DNA from: Candidatus Thorarchaeota archaeon
GTDB taxonomy: Archaea; Asgardarchaeota; Thorarchaeia; Thorarchaeales; Thorarchaeaceae
Length of the DNA stretch: 50,365 nucleotides
NCBI GenBank assembly: GCA_011364905.1
Contig: RDNZ01000011.1
Coordinates: 1-50,365, forward strand
Direction: 5' to 3'
Below are positions 8,559 to 18,170 of this stretch, piece after piece (within the stretch, counting starts at the first letter, position 1; every line of letters starts with the position of its first letter). The notes under the pieces are model-generated. The model had not been told where the DNA came from, made no database searches, and saw only the letters and a list, made by a program, of their open reading frames with translations. Both the position numbers and the translations under genes were made by a program.

Positions 8559-9481
8559 TTTTCTTTCACTTCCTCTTTCTGCTTCTCATCTACTTCTTCT
8601 TCTTCGTTATTTTCAACTTCAGCAACAACATCTACTGATTCATCCTCAGTGTCAGTCGTGGCCTCAGACTCGGTTTTAGACTCCTTTTCTGGCTTGGGTT
8701 CAACTTCCTCTGAGGCTTTTTCATCCTCTGTTTCAGACGCTGAAACAGTATCTGCAATAGAGTCTTCTTCGGAATCTGTTTCATCCTCGACCCCACTGCC
8801 TATCTTACTCATCTCTTCTGCAAGCATCTCACTTATACGGTCTGTGAGTTTAGATGTATGAGCTTGCTCCTCGATTGTCTTGAAAGCCTTGATTGCAAGT
8901 CTCAAAACTGCCGTGTTAGGAGCGCGAATCCAAATTCGACCATTTTGGCCCACCATGGTTTGGATATTCAAGTGGTCTTTGATCATGTTGATCATGGACC
9001 CTCTTCTGCCAATTATTCGTGGAATTTTCGCAGGGCTTACATCAAGGACCATTCCACCTTGGAGCACTCTAAGTCCTCGTCCTTTCATCCCGAGAAAGGG
9101 GCCACTCCCTCTGTCAAACGCAATGACCTCCGCCGCGATTACATCTCCCATGTCCATGTATTCAGAGATGTCATCGGAGTAAGGTCTTCGTAGCGCATTA
9201 TTTGCATGAAGTGATGCACCATATGGACCACCAATGTCAACTTTCCAATTATTCCCTGCCACTAGAGTTATTGTGCCAATTACTAAATCTCCTTCTTTTG
9301 GGATGTAAGCACCCTCAAGAGCAACAACTTTTACAGTGTTCCCTCTGAGTTCTGCAAGGCCTACAAGAGAGGAGAATATCTTACCGCCCTCGTCATATGT
9401 ACCGAAGGATGCTCTATACCTACCTTCTGCGAGCAACTGACCAGGGACTACTACTTCTCGTTTCTGAAAATATACTGCCAA
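8555..9481 (-). CDS. rrp4: Exosome cap subunit Rrp4 (S1/KH)
   Basis: VVPGQLL, YIPKEGDLVIG, KIPRIIGRRGSMI, GQNGRIW, AHTSKLTDRI. Confidence 0.96.
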   Translation of the reverse strand: MAVYFQKREVVVPGQLLAEGRYRASFGTYDEGGKIFSSLVGLAELRGNTVKVVALEGAYIPKEGDLVIGTITLVAGNNWKVDIGGPYGASLHANNALRRPYSDDISEYMDMGDVIAAEVIAFDRGSGPFLGMKGRGLRVLQGGMVLDVSPAKIPRIIGRRGSMINMIKDHLNIQTMVGQNGRIWIRAPNTAVLRLAIKAFKTIEEQAHTSKLTDRISEMLAEEMSKIGSGVEDETDSEEDSIADTVSASETEDEKASEEVEPKPEKESKTESEATTDTEDESVDVVAEVENNEEEEVDEKQKEEVKEK

Positions 9482-9536
9482 TGATTTGTTCCCTCATTCT
9501 ATAATGATTGTGATTTTTCGTTTACTTAATTCATGC

Positions 9537-10268
9537 TCATCTGACGAGTTCGATCCTAATCTGCCCCTTCGTCAGCTTGTTGAGTTCGTCATAGAGTTCT
9601 TGTCTTTTCTGTGCAGGAATCTCAACCAATCCTGTCCATGAGCCATCCTGTCCCCATGATTGTGATTTGATGACACCCGCTGTTGCTACCATGTTGTAGC
9701 CCTTCCCGGAGTAGGATGCTGGCAAGGTTATCTGAAGTTTTACACTCTCAAAGGAAATAGGTATAATCACACGGAGTGCCTTCACAACATTTGGAACTTG
9801 TTCATCTACACTGAGAAAGGGGTCCACACGAACCTTCGCTTCTTCCATAGCTTGTCGAATTCTATCAGGTGGATGGGGATTACCCGTTTGAGGATTCATT
9901 GCGCGTTTGGAGATGTTATCTATGATGGTTTCAGTCTTCTCTTCCACAAGTTGCTCTCTCTGTTCATGTGTTAATCTGAACTCGCCTTGTTTGATAATCT
10001 CCGGTGCAATCTCAAAGATTTCATCGGAGCCAAATGCATCCTTAACGAGGCTTTCAGTTGCCCGTTCCCCTCGTTTGGCATCCTCATAGACCTCATATGA
10101 TTTCAGTATGTCCTCAAGAGGAATACTCTCACCACGTCTGTATTCAAATGCAAGGTGTGGATCTACGAACAGCTCGAATCTAAGATGACCTTTTTGAATT
10201 CCAATGACCACTGCATCGAGCTCAAGCCATTTTTCGCCTGTTTTCCTGCCGGACCCGCCACCCATCAT
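9537..10268 (-). CDS. Ribosome maturation factor SBDS/Sdo1
   Basis: RFELFVDP, GEFRLTHEQR, NPQTGNPHPPDRIRQAMEEAKV. Confidence 0.95.
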   Translation of the reverse strand: MMGGGSGRKTGEKWLELDAVVIGIQKGHLRFELFVDPHLAFEYRRGESIPLEDILKSYEVYEDAKRGERATESLVKDAFGSDEIFEIAPEIIKQGEFRLTHEQREQLVEEKTETIIDNISKRAMNPQTGNPHPPDRIRQAMEEAKVRVDPFLSVDEQVPNVVKALRVIIPISFESVKLQITLPASYSGKGYNMVATAGVIKSQSWGQDGSWTGLVEIPAQKRQELYDELNKLTKGQIRIELVR

Positions 10269-10282
10269 TTGTAGGTCAACTC

Positions 10283-11011
10283 CTAATCAGAGGACTCGGT
10301 AGTTTGAAGGACCGATTTAATCTCAGACACTGCAAGTTTCTCAAATGTCCGAGATTCTACTGGGATTCTAGCAATCTCAACATTATCTGCTGTTAGAGTC
10401 GTTTCGCTGGTTTCGCGAAGGGACCCAATTGCCAGTGTAATTGCATCATCCAGACTCATTTTCCGATTGTATCTCTTCTCAAGATATTCGCCAGCACTCG
10501 CAGCACCTCTTCCGATGATAGAGGCTAGAAAGCCCCAATATGTACCAACTGGGTCGGTGACGTACAATCTTGGGGACCCATCGAAATCTACTGAGCCAAT
10601 AATCATGGCAACACCATAAGGTCTTGCACCGCCCCCTTGCGTGAACTCTGCCTTAATATCGCAGATGTGTTCAGCTAAGGCTTCTGCTGGAATCGCTTCT
10701 TCGTATGTTAACCAGTATGACTGCGCCTTGACTCTTGCTTCTGCTATTAGTTTTCTAGCATCAGCCATCAAACCAGATGTTACCACCCCAACATGCTCGT
10801 CTATCTTTGAGATTTTCTCTACGCTGTCGGGCTCTTGCAAGGGCTGGATTTTCTTCTCAGCTAGAAGAATGACTCCTTGTTCAACGAGAATACCAATCGA
10901 TGTGGCGCCTTGCTCAACTGCCTTCTTTGCATATTCAGCAGCAAATATCCGTCCGTCAGGACTAAAGATACTCGTGCTCATATCATAACCAGCGCCAGAG
11001 ATCCCAAACAC
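10283..11011 (-). CDS. psmA: 20S proteasome alpha subunit
   Basis: GYD...IFSPDGR..AEYA, EKI, SGLMADAR, RPYGV, TDPVG. Start GTG 11011 with GGAGG upstream. Confidence 0.95.
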   Translation of the reverse strand: MFGISGAGYDMSTSIFSPDGRIFAAEYAKKAVEQGATSIGILVEQGVILLAEKKIQPLQEPDSVEKISKIDEHVGVVTSGLMADARKLIAEARVKAQSYWLTYEEAIPAEALAEHICDIKAEFTQGGGARPYGVAMIIGSVDFDGSPRLYVTDPVGTYWGFLASIIGRGAASAGEYLEKRYNRKMSLDDAITLAIGSLRETSETTLTADNVEIARIPVESRTFEKLAVSEIKSVLQTTESSD

Positions 11012-11212
11012 AATTTTTTCCTCCAAGTAGTCTTCAGAGCCCAGCGGAAGTCAGAAATTCGCTAAGTTATTCAATCCAACAATTCCGAAGAGTTGTGAAG
11101 GCTCCTTTGCTAACAGTCCAAGGCGTTCCTGCCACTAGGCTGTTAATCGAAGACCAAGGCTTACGCTCATAAAGCTTCTGGTCCATCCGCTTTATTTAGG
11201 AGGCACAATTAC

Positions 11213-11611
11213 TCAGTCTTGTATCAGATAGAGGTATACAACGAAACCAAGAGACAAAATTACAGTCATAGAACCAACGAAGAGGGCAAACATGGCTGTC
11301 GACATAATAGCTATAAAGATGACAGTAATAATGACCTCGGTCCAACCGGCCCTTATGCTGGTAAGCGCCAATCTAAGATTAATCACACTCACTAAAAGAA
11401 AGACAAAGATCATGAACATGATTAGAACTTCAAGAACGACTGTGACTGCAGGATTGAATTCATTAATAGCCCCAACAGGACTGGTATCAATGACTTCAGG
11501 GGAAGACCAAGCCCAGAAAGCCAGTCCCAGGACTATAAACACTACAGTGAATAATACAGTGAAAACCGTTGAACGCAGGAGTTCTCGTCTTTCTGGGATT
11601 TCTTCACTCAC
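11213..11611 (-). CDS. Hypothetical membrane protein (about 4 TM)
   Basis: 132 aa, four hydrophobic segments. Confidence 0.7.
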   Translation of the reverse strand: MSEEIPERRELLRSTVFTVLFTVVFIVLGLAFWAWSSPEVIDTSPVGAINEFNPAVTVVLEVLIMFMIFVFLLVSVINLRLALTSIRAGWTEVIITVIFIAIMSTAMFALFVGSMTVILSLGFVVYLYLIQD

Positions 11612-11711
11612 TGTTCTTTACACCGACCTTGGAACTCGAGGATTTGTGTTCCACTCTTAAACATACCGACCGATTCAATGATGTCCATTATTGATAGAAT
11701 TGCAGAATGGA

Positions 11712-12683
11712 TTAATGATCATGACTATGATTGTTTTCTTGATCGATTACCAATGATGCTTTGAATGTATCAATCATTTCATCCGATTCGGTTTTTTCGG
11801 CTTTGGGCTCGACATGCACTCTGTCACGTACCCGTTTAATTTGGAGAGCTAACAGATAGGCCAGTGCAGCCAGGATACCAGCAATTGCACTAGGAGATAC
11901 AAAAACCACAAAGGAGGTTGTGAGACCAACAAGTTCCGAAACAAGAGCAATGAGGAACACAGAAAAAATGACTCCCCGAACTGACTTGACTAATTCGTTG
12001 GATGCGGCTGCTGGTGCAACCATTATCGCATATACAAGTATGGCCCCTACAGCCTTTGTTGCCAAAGCAATGGCAAGTGCTGAAACAATGAGCATAAGGT
12101 AATGGTAGGCACGTGCATTCATACCGTGTGCAATAGAACCTTCCATATCAACACTGACATAGACGAACTCTTTGTTGAACATTAATGTGATGAAACCCAG
12201 CAGAACAGCTGTGCTTGCTAGCATAATGATATCGATATTATTGAGTAGCAAGATATCCCCTATTAGGTAGCCCCAAATTTGAGGGACTCGATAAGGTGGG
12301 ATGTAGTACATCAAAAAGACCGCAATGCTCATCGAGAGGGCAAATGATACTCCTACCGCAACCTCCATCTTTTGTGTCAATCCTGATTCGCCCGCGTAAC
12401 CTGTGAAAGCTGCTACAAGTACACTGAACAATAGAGCTCCAAGTATGGGATTGAACCATGGTACCAAACCAGAGTCTTGAAGGAATATCCCCAGCGCTGT
12501 ACCTCCCAGTGCAGCATGTGCAACACCAGCGGCCATGAATGACAGTCCGCGAAACACAAGGAAGGTGCCACTCGCAGCAGCAACAACTGCAATCAGAACG
12601 GCCGCAAGTAGTGCCCTCTGTAAGAATGGGCTGTCCATAATCAATTGGATTATCTCAATCATGGCGATCAATTCCAGAGTCAC
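11712..12683 (-). CDS. Metal ABC transporter permease (ZnuB/TroCD family)
   Basis: GTFLVFRGLSFMAAGVAHAALGG, YLIGDIL, KAVGAILV...PAA. Confidence 0.92.
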   Translation of the reverse strand: MTLELIAMIEIIQLIMDSPFLQRALLAAVLIAVVAAASGTFLVFRGLSFMAAGVAHAALGGTALGIFLQDSGLVPWFNPILGALLFSVLVAAFTGYAGESGLTQKMEVAVGVSFALSMSIAVFLMYYIPPYRVPQIWGYLIGDILLLNNIDIIMLASTAVLLGFITLMFNKEFVYVSVDMEGSIAHGMNARAYHYLMLIVSALAIALATKAVGAILVYAIMVAPAAASNELVKSVRGVIFSVFLIALVSELVGLTTSFVVFVSPSAIAGILAALAYLLALQIKRVRDRVHVEPKAEKTESDEMIDTFKASLVIDQENNHSHDH

Positions 12684-13458
12684 GGGTCATGCAATATCGG
12701 TGGCCTGCATATTCTACGATTCTTGCAGTTGGGCCATACACTTTTTTCATCAATTCTGGATCCATCACACTACAGGGCTCGCCAATCCCAATTACAGTGT
12801 TCTTCAGTAGCAACACCTCCTCCACAAGTGTATGAATGGGATTTAGGTCATGAGTCACCATTATTATACTGACATCGTTTTCCTTGTGATACTTGTCTAG
12901 GGCTTCAACAATGAGGTCCTGACTCTCAACATCTGTGCCCGATAACGGCTCATCAAGCACAAGAATTGAACCATCACTGGCGAGAGCCCTCGCTACTAAC
13001 ACTCTCTGACGCTGCCCACCAGATAGCTCAGGAAAGGGTCGATTCCACAAATCAACCATATCAACTTGTTCAAGCGCATCTCTGGAAATTTTAATGTCCT
13101 TTGACGACGCGAATCGTGGAGGCAGTTTCTTGAGGAGTCTACCCATTAGAACTATGTCTTTCACTTTCATGGGTACAGTGAGTTCTATACGGTCTCTTTG
13201 AGGTACATATCTGATCATTTTCCTGATTTTTCCAGAATTCTTCACAGAGTCGAACCCATTGACCTTGATAGTACCTCTAAACGGCCTTATGAGTCCCAGA
13301 AACGCCTTGATTAAAGTTGATTTTCCAGATCCATTTGGACCTATGATTGCCATGAAACTCGGGGATTTTATCTTGAAAGAAACATCATGAAGAGCCATTT
13401 CACCATTGGGATATCGAACTGCTAGATTCTGAGCCTCAAGCAATGGTTCGGCAGTCAT
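12655..13458 (-). CDS. Metal ABC transporter ATPase (ZnuC family)
   Basis: GPNGSGKS, YVPQR, LSGGQRQRV, VTHDL. Confidence 0.92.
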   Translation of the reverse strand: MTAEPLLEAQNLAVRYPNGEMALHDVSFKIKSPSFMAIIGPNGSGKSTLIKAFLGLIRPFRGTIKVNGFDSVKNSGKIRKMIRYVPQRDRIELTVPMKVKDIVLMGRLLKKLPPRFASSKDIKISRDALEQVDMVDLWNRPFPELSGGQRQRVLVARALASDGSILVLDEPLSGTDVESQDLIVEALDKYHKENDVSIIMVTHDLNPIHTLVEEVLLLKNTVIGIGEPCSVMDPELMKKVYGPTARIVEYAGHRYCMTRDSGIDRHD

Positions 13459-13868
13459 AGTGTGTCCACCCCAATCAAACTGACATCGACCTTGAGAACT
13501 TTCTTTTGTGCTCGAAGTTTCTTAAGAAACTCGCGTACAATATCCGCTTTTGCAGTGACTATCATTACCTCTATGCAACTGCCATCGCTTGTATGTGAGT
13601 GGACAGTGGCTGCTATGTTCTCCTTAAACTCGTGTTGAACCACATTGATGTTATGTTTCTGTCCCTTCTTGTAGTAGAGCGCTGTGATTACGACGGTTAT
13701 GACTCCTTTTGCGCGCTCTATGTTTCGATGCTCAGACATCAATGCCTTGACAGCATGGCGTACAACATCTGACCGATTCGAGAACTCGCCCTCTCTTAAG
13801 AGAAACTCCAATTCCTCTAGATCAGACTCTGTCATGGATACTGCAATAGGTTTAAACGGCATTTTCAA
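13455..13868 (-). CDS. nikR: NikR-like ribbon-helix-helix metalloregulator
   Basis: N-terminal RHH (AVSM...NRSDVVRHAV) plus ACT domain with QH...HSH...C metal ligands. Confidence 0.82.
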   Translation of the reverse strand: MKMPFKPIAVSMTESDLEELEFLLREGEFSNRSDVVRHAVKALMSEHRNIERAKGVITVVITALYYKKGQKHNINVVQHEFKENIAATVHSHTSDGSCIEVMIVTAKADIVREFLKKLRAQKKVLKVDVSLIGVDTL

Positions 13869-13888
13869 TCCCCAAAATGGGTCTTTGG

Positions 13889-13916
13889 TTAGTAACTATT
13901 TCAAAATTGTTATTAA
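13889..13916. promoter_or_regulatory. Putative NikR-type operator in the divergent promoter
   Basis: ttagtaac-N12-gttattaa, an inverted repeat with 7 of 8 positions matching, spanning 28 bp. Confidence 0.5.
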
Positions 13917-13947
13917 GCATTTGGCTAGATGATGCTTGAGAGTGTAA

Positions 13948-15003
13948 TTGATGCGGCGAAAGGCGTCTTTGATCCCATTGTTTCTACTCCTACTACCACT
14001 TCTCTTAAGTGGAGTGACATTGGACGTTGACGCTCAAACTACTCCGACAAGGAGCGTTGCTGCTTCCGTCCCTTCACTGGCCGGGATTGTTAAGAGAGTG
14101 GGAGGTTCCATCTATAATACCACTGTTTTGCTTGAGCAAGAAACGGATCCCCATGCGTTTTCAGTCACTCCTAAGATGATAGCAATTGCCGACGCAGCAG
14201 ATTTACTCGTTTTGACAGGACACTTTCTTTGGGAGGAGGAGCTGGCGAATCTTACGTCAACGCCATTCATCACGTTTCATGATGCAAACGCATTAGAGAA
14301 TTACGAGGATTTTGGAGCAGCCTACTCACCAATGCCAGGCGGAGGAACTGGAAACGATGCACAAGGGAATCCACACGGATTCTGGCTTTTGCCCAAGAAC
14401 GCAGAGGCTGTGGCAAATGCTACCCGCGCGGCGTTGACAACACTCAATGCCTCGCTTTCGAGCGAATTGACCTCGAACTTCGATGCCTTTGTTGAGTCCA
14501 TTGACGAACTACAAGGCCTCATCGACACAGTTGATGATCAGAACGGTTTCTCTGATATGCAGGCTGTGGTTGTAGCACCTGCTGAGGCTTATGTCGCAGA
14601 GGCATTTGGGATTACAAGCGTGGCTGTCCTTCAGATTGAGGAACTTACCATATCAAGTCAGAAGCTTGTGGAGGTTGGAAATGCAATCAGGAACGGGAGC
14701 ATACAACTGATTATTGGTTCAGATGTGGCTCAGTTCGAGGCAGGTGGGGAGTTTGCATATCAGCTTCAGGCAGACTATGGCGGTGTCTTAGTCTGGTTGA
14801 AGACGGTATTTTTCGCAGAGCTTGATTACATTTCAATGATGAGCTATGATCTTGGAGCTCTTGTTTCAGGATTGGAGGGAGTGCCAGGAAATGCGACAAA
14901 TACTGGGTTGAACATTGGACTGATAGCATTAGCAGGAGTTCTTGGGATCATGGTTACTATCGAATCAGCGCTTTTGATAGTGCGCGCCAGAGAGGACACA
15001 TGA
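13948..15003 (+). CDS. Metal ABC substrate-binding protein (ZnuA/TroA family) with C-terminal TM anchor
   Basis: Signal peptide, DPHAFS, ADLLV, NPHGFWL, hydrophobic C-terminus; divergent from the permease and ATPase. Confidence 0.88.
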   Translation: MMRRKASLIPLFLLLLPLLLSGVTLDVDAQTTPTRSVAASVPSLAGIVKRVGGSIYNTTVLLEQETDPHAFSVTPKMIAIADAADLLVLTGHFLWEEELANLTSTPFITFHDANALENYEDFGAAYSPMPGGGTGNDAQGNPHGFWLLPKNAEAVANATRAALTTLNASLSSELTSNFDAFVESIDELQGLIDTVDDQNGFSDMQAVVVAPAEAYVAEAFGITSVAVLQIEELTISSQKLVEVGNAIRNGSIQLIIGSDVAQFEAGGEFAYQLQADYGGVLVWLKTVFFAELDYISMMSYDLGALVSGLEGVPGNATNTGLNIGLIALAGVLGIMVTIESALLIVRAREDT

Positions 15004-15008
15004 ATGAA

Positions 15009-15338
15009 TCACTGAACATTTGTGCCAAGACGCATATTATAAACTGCAAACTCTAACTCAGTCAGTTCATCCTGGATCTTTCTGTATTTTGTTTCAAACT
15101 CCTCTATACCAATGATGCCAGCCTTCTTGTCTACAACAAGTTGCTTCAAGGCTTTTTGGCGGTCGTGAATCTTTTTCTTAAGCAGTTCCCACTCATCCTT
15201 TCTTGAGGCTATAGACTCACCCCAACTAGTACTTGCGTCTGCATCTTGATCGAGCTTGTGCACTACATCATCCAAAGATTTCTTGATTTCCTCTGGATTG
15301 CCTGACTTCTCAGATTCATGTTCACTCAACACACTCAC
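15009..15338 (-). CDS. Small coiled-coil hypothetical protein
   Basis: 109 aa, charged and helical, with a GIIGIEEFETK segment. Confidence 0.7.
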   Translation of the reverse strand: MSVLSEHESEKSGNPEEIKKSLDDVVHKLDQDADASTSWGESIASRKDEWELLKKKIHDRQKALKQLVVDKKAGIIGIEEFETKYRKIQDELTELEFAVYNMRLGTNVQ

Positions 15339-15380
15339 CGCTCTTGGTTCAAAGAATCATATTCGATATATGCCTTCAGT

Positions 15381-16349
15381 TTACGCAATAAATGACCACC
15401 CTAGAATAACTGGTAGGATGGGTATCACAGGCAAGAGAAGAAGAGTTCCTAGTGTGACGGTTGTTGAGGCGATTTCGACATCTAAATCGAAATTAGCAGC
15501 ATAAACTGCAGTTAGTATAGCGGGAGGCATAAGAGACTCCAGCAGCAACACTTGTTTTGGAATCTGTGAGAGAGTGGACAGAAAAATGACAGGCAGTATG
15601 AGTAACGGAATAACAAGCTGGCGAACCATTACTACATTCAAAGCCTTTCGAACATCTTCCAGAGAGAATCTCACTCCAACTCCAAGTCCGACTGAAACAA
15701 GAGCAAGATATGTTGTAACTGGTGAGTCATAGGAGAGTACAGTAGCAATGGATGCAGGAAGATCAATATTCAAACCAAGGATGATAAGGGATGCCGCAGC
15801 GGCAAGAAACGGAGGAAAAACAACTGCATCTCTGATGATTTTCTTCCAGCCAGCTTCTCTTCCACCATAAGTGGCCCCCATCAACGGTCCAACAGAAACA
15901 AGGAGAATCATTTGCGTAAGAGAGAACATGATAATGAAGGGTACAGCAGATGGACCTAGGAACATCAAAGCCAGTGGCAGAGCTACAAAAAGGGCATTAT
16001 TGAAAGTAGAACATATGAATAGAGACCCCTTGGTCTTGTCAGGGATATCACTCTGACGGAGTCTGAGATGAATCAGTACAGGTCCAAGAAGATGAATAGC
16101 AACTGCGATCATGAGGAAGATTGGAATTTCAATTTGGGACGTAGGTGTTGAGGTTAGAAAAGAGTAGAACACGAGGATTGGAAAAAAGAGGTTGATAATG
16201 AGAGAGTTGAGATGTTTGTTGAAAACAGCTCCCATGGCAGAAAGACGAGCGACTAAGTATCCAACAAGAATGAAGCCATAGAAGAGGGCTATCTGAGGGA
16301 GCAGAACATCAGTAACCTGAATCGCAAACACCATCGCCCAAGACATCAA
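15381..16349 (-). CDS. AEC (auxin efflux carrier/MdcF-like) family transporter
   Basis: About 10 TM; FNNALFVALP, PPF, MPPA motifs. Confidence 0.85.
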   Translation of the reverse strand: MMSWAMVFAIQVTDVLLPQIALFYGFILVGYLVARLSAMGAVFNKHLNSLIINLFFPILVFYSFLTSTPTSQIEIPIFLMIAVAIHLLGPVLIHLRLRQSDIPDKTKGSLFICSTFNNALFVALPLALMFLGPSAVPFIIMFSLTQMILLVSVGPLMGATYGGREAGWKKIIRDAVVFPPFLAAAASLIILGLNIDLPASIATVLSYDSPVTTYLALVSVGLGVGVRFSLEDVRKALNVVMVRQLVIPLLILPVIFLSTLSQIPKQVLLLESLMPPAILTAVYAANFDLDVEIASTTVTLGTLLLLPVIPILPVILGWSFIA

Positions 16350-16372
16350 GACTTACGGAATAAGCTGCCGGA

Positions 16373-18160
16373 TTAGGAATTCAGACCTGGCAAACCAAGT
16401 TCTTCAAGTGCTGCGTCAGAGGGGCAGCCAGTCTTCCTATCCCACTTCCTATATTCATAGTATTCGTCTAATTGAGCATCAACATCTGGAATGAAGTCTT
16501 CAGTTACACTATCTGGGTGAGGGATTAATAGTGGTCTAGGCAGTTTCTCGTCACTGGTCCTCAAACCGCACTTGAGATTGAAAAGTCGCTTCATGGTGAC
16601 CGACCGAGCGCCTATCTTCAGAACATCGTCTATTCGATATGATGTTCCGATCGCTAGGTTCAGCAGACTAATGATTGTTTCCGGTGGCACAAAGGCAAAC
16701 TGGCACATTATCACAGAGTCAAAAAACGCTCTGAAGTCTTGAGCCTTCGCGGCAACCACGCCCTTGCCATCATTCTCAAGTCGATCGCCGCTGATAATAC
16801 CCAGTGCCCTAACATCTGCACCCATATCGACACTATACATATCCCCTTCCATATGTGATGCCCCTCTTGAGGCAATTGAGTAAACCGTTGCCATTCCTGA
16901 GAAAGCACGAGGATCATGATTTGGAATTTCCATACCTCTGACCTGAAGTACAATATCCTCTCTCGAATATTTCTTGGCAAAGGCAAGCGACCCATCTGCT
17001 AGTAAGTCACCAATACCTTCTCGCTTTGCAATAGCATGGATTGTTTCTATGACCTTGTCTGGGCTTGCCCAGGTAAACCCATAGTCTGCCACACCAATAT
17101 CGCACAGATAGGTGGCGAATGCGATAGTGCTCCCGCAACTGATTGTGTCCATGCCATATTGATTGCAGAGATTGTTTATGAGCGCGATTTTTGGCAAGTC
17201 AGAAATCAGCATATTTGAACCAAAGGATGCAATTGTCTGGTACTCCGGGCCGGCAACATCATTCAAACCATAGTCTGTGACAGTGACCTTTCTACCACAT
17301 CCAATCGGACATGAGTAACAGGCAGTACGTCCTGTAAGAATCTTCTCCATTGCCTTGGCATTGATCTGGTCAACTTCATCAAATTCAATCTCTTGGAAGT
17401 ACTTGATTGGCATGTCGTTGAACATCATAGCAATGTCCACATACATGGCGGTTCCTTGATCACTAAGCATTGACATTGCTTCACGAAGTGTTTTACTTGA
17501 TTCCTGTGCCAGTTCACGAAACTTATCAGGGCTGTGAAGTGAAACTTTCTCGTTACCAGCAACTGTTATTGCCTTGAGATTCTTTGAACCCATGACAGCC
17601 CCAAGACCGCACCGTGCAGACACTCGTTCATCTGTGACAATACTGGCAAATCGGACAAGGTTTTCCCCAGCTGGGCCAATACAGCAGACTTGAACCCGAC
17701 CAAGTCGCTCCTTTAATTCGTTCTGTGTTGGACCAGTCATCTTGCCCCATAAATCAGCCGCAGGACTCAACGCACCTGTTCCAGAATCTATTTGGAGTGT
17801 GACAGGAGCTGCTGCACGTCCCTTGATGAGAATGCCATCAAATCCAGAGAATTTTAGAAACGCACCAAAATGACCCCCAACATGAGACTCGCCCCAGATG
17901 TTCGTTAGAGGCGATTTTCCACATACAACATGCCGCCCGGTACAGGGAGCTAGAGTACCTGTCAGAGGTCCGGTCATAAACAGCAGCATGTTTTCAGGAC
18001 TCAAGGGGTCAACTCCTTGGTCAAGATGTTCGTAAAGAAAGCGGGATGCAAATCCACTACCACCAAGAAACTGGGCGGACATGGTGGGAGAGGTCTCAAG
18101 AGTTTCTATCTTGCCCTTAGAAAGATCTACAACGAGGATTTGTCCCATATATGCAGCCAT
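16373..18160 (-). CDS. aor: Tungsten aldehyde:ferredoxin oxidoreductase family protein
   Basis: IGPAGENLVRFA, GLGAVMGSKNLKAI, CYSCPIGC, GPEYQT, DTIS, DSVIMC. Confidence 0.93.
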   Translation of the reverse strand: MAAYMGQILVVDLSKGKIETLETSPTMSAQFLGGSGFASRFLYEHLDQGVDPLSPENMLLFMTGPLTGTLAPCTGRHVVCGKSPLTNIWGESHVGGHFGAFLKFSGFDGILIKGRAAAPVTLQIDSGTGALSPAADLWGKMTGPTQNELKERLGRVQVCCIGPAGENLVRFASIVTDERVSARCGLGAVMGSKNLKAITVAGNEKVSLHSPDKFRELAQESSKTLREAMSMLSDQGTAMYVDIAMMFNDMPIKYFQEIEFDEVDQINAKAMEKILTGRTACYSCPIGCGRKVTVTDYGLNDVAGPEYQTIASFGSNMLISDLPKIALINNLCNQYGMDTISCGSTIAFATYLCDIGVADYGFTWASPDKVIETIHAIAKREGIGDLLADGSLAFAKKYSREDIVLQVRGMEIPNHDPRAFSGMATVYSIASRGASHMEGDMYSVDMGADVRALGIISGDRLENDGKGVVAAKAQDFRAFFDSVIMCQFAFVPPETIISLLNLAIGTSYRIDDVLKIGARSVTMKRLFNLKCGLRTSDEKLPRPLLIPHPDSVTEDFIPDVDAQLDEYYEYRKWDRKTGCPSDAALEELGLPGLNS

Positions 18161-18170
18161 CGAACCACCT

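Noticed and set aside
7190-9193. Many antisense or alternate-frame ORFs of 60-176 aa, here and across the window
   Set aside because: They are shadows of well-supported genes. The Ser-rich ones mirror acidic codons on the opposite strand.
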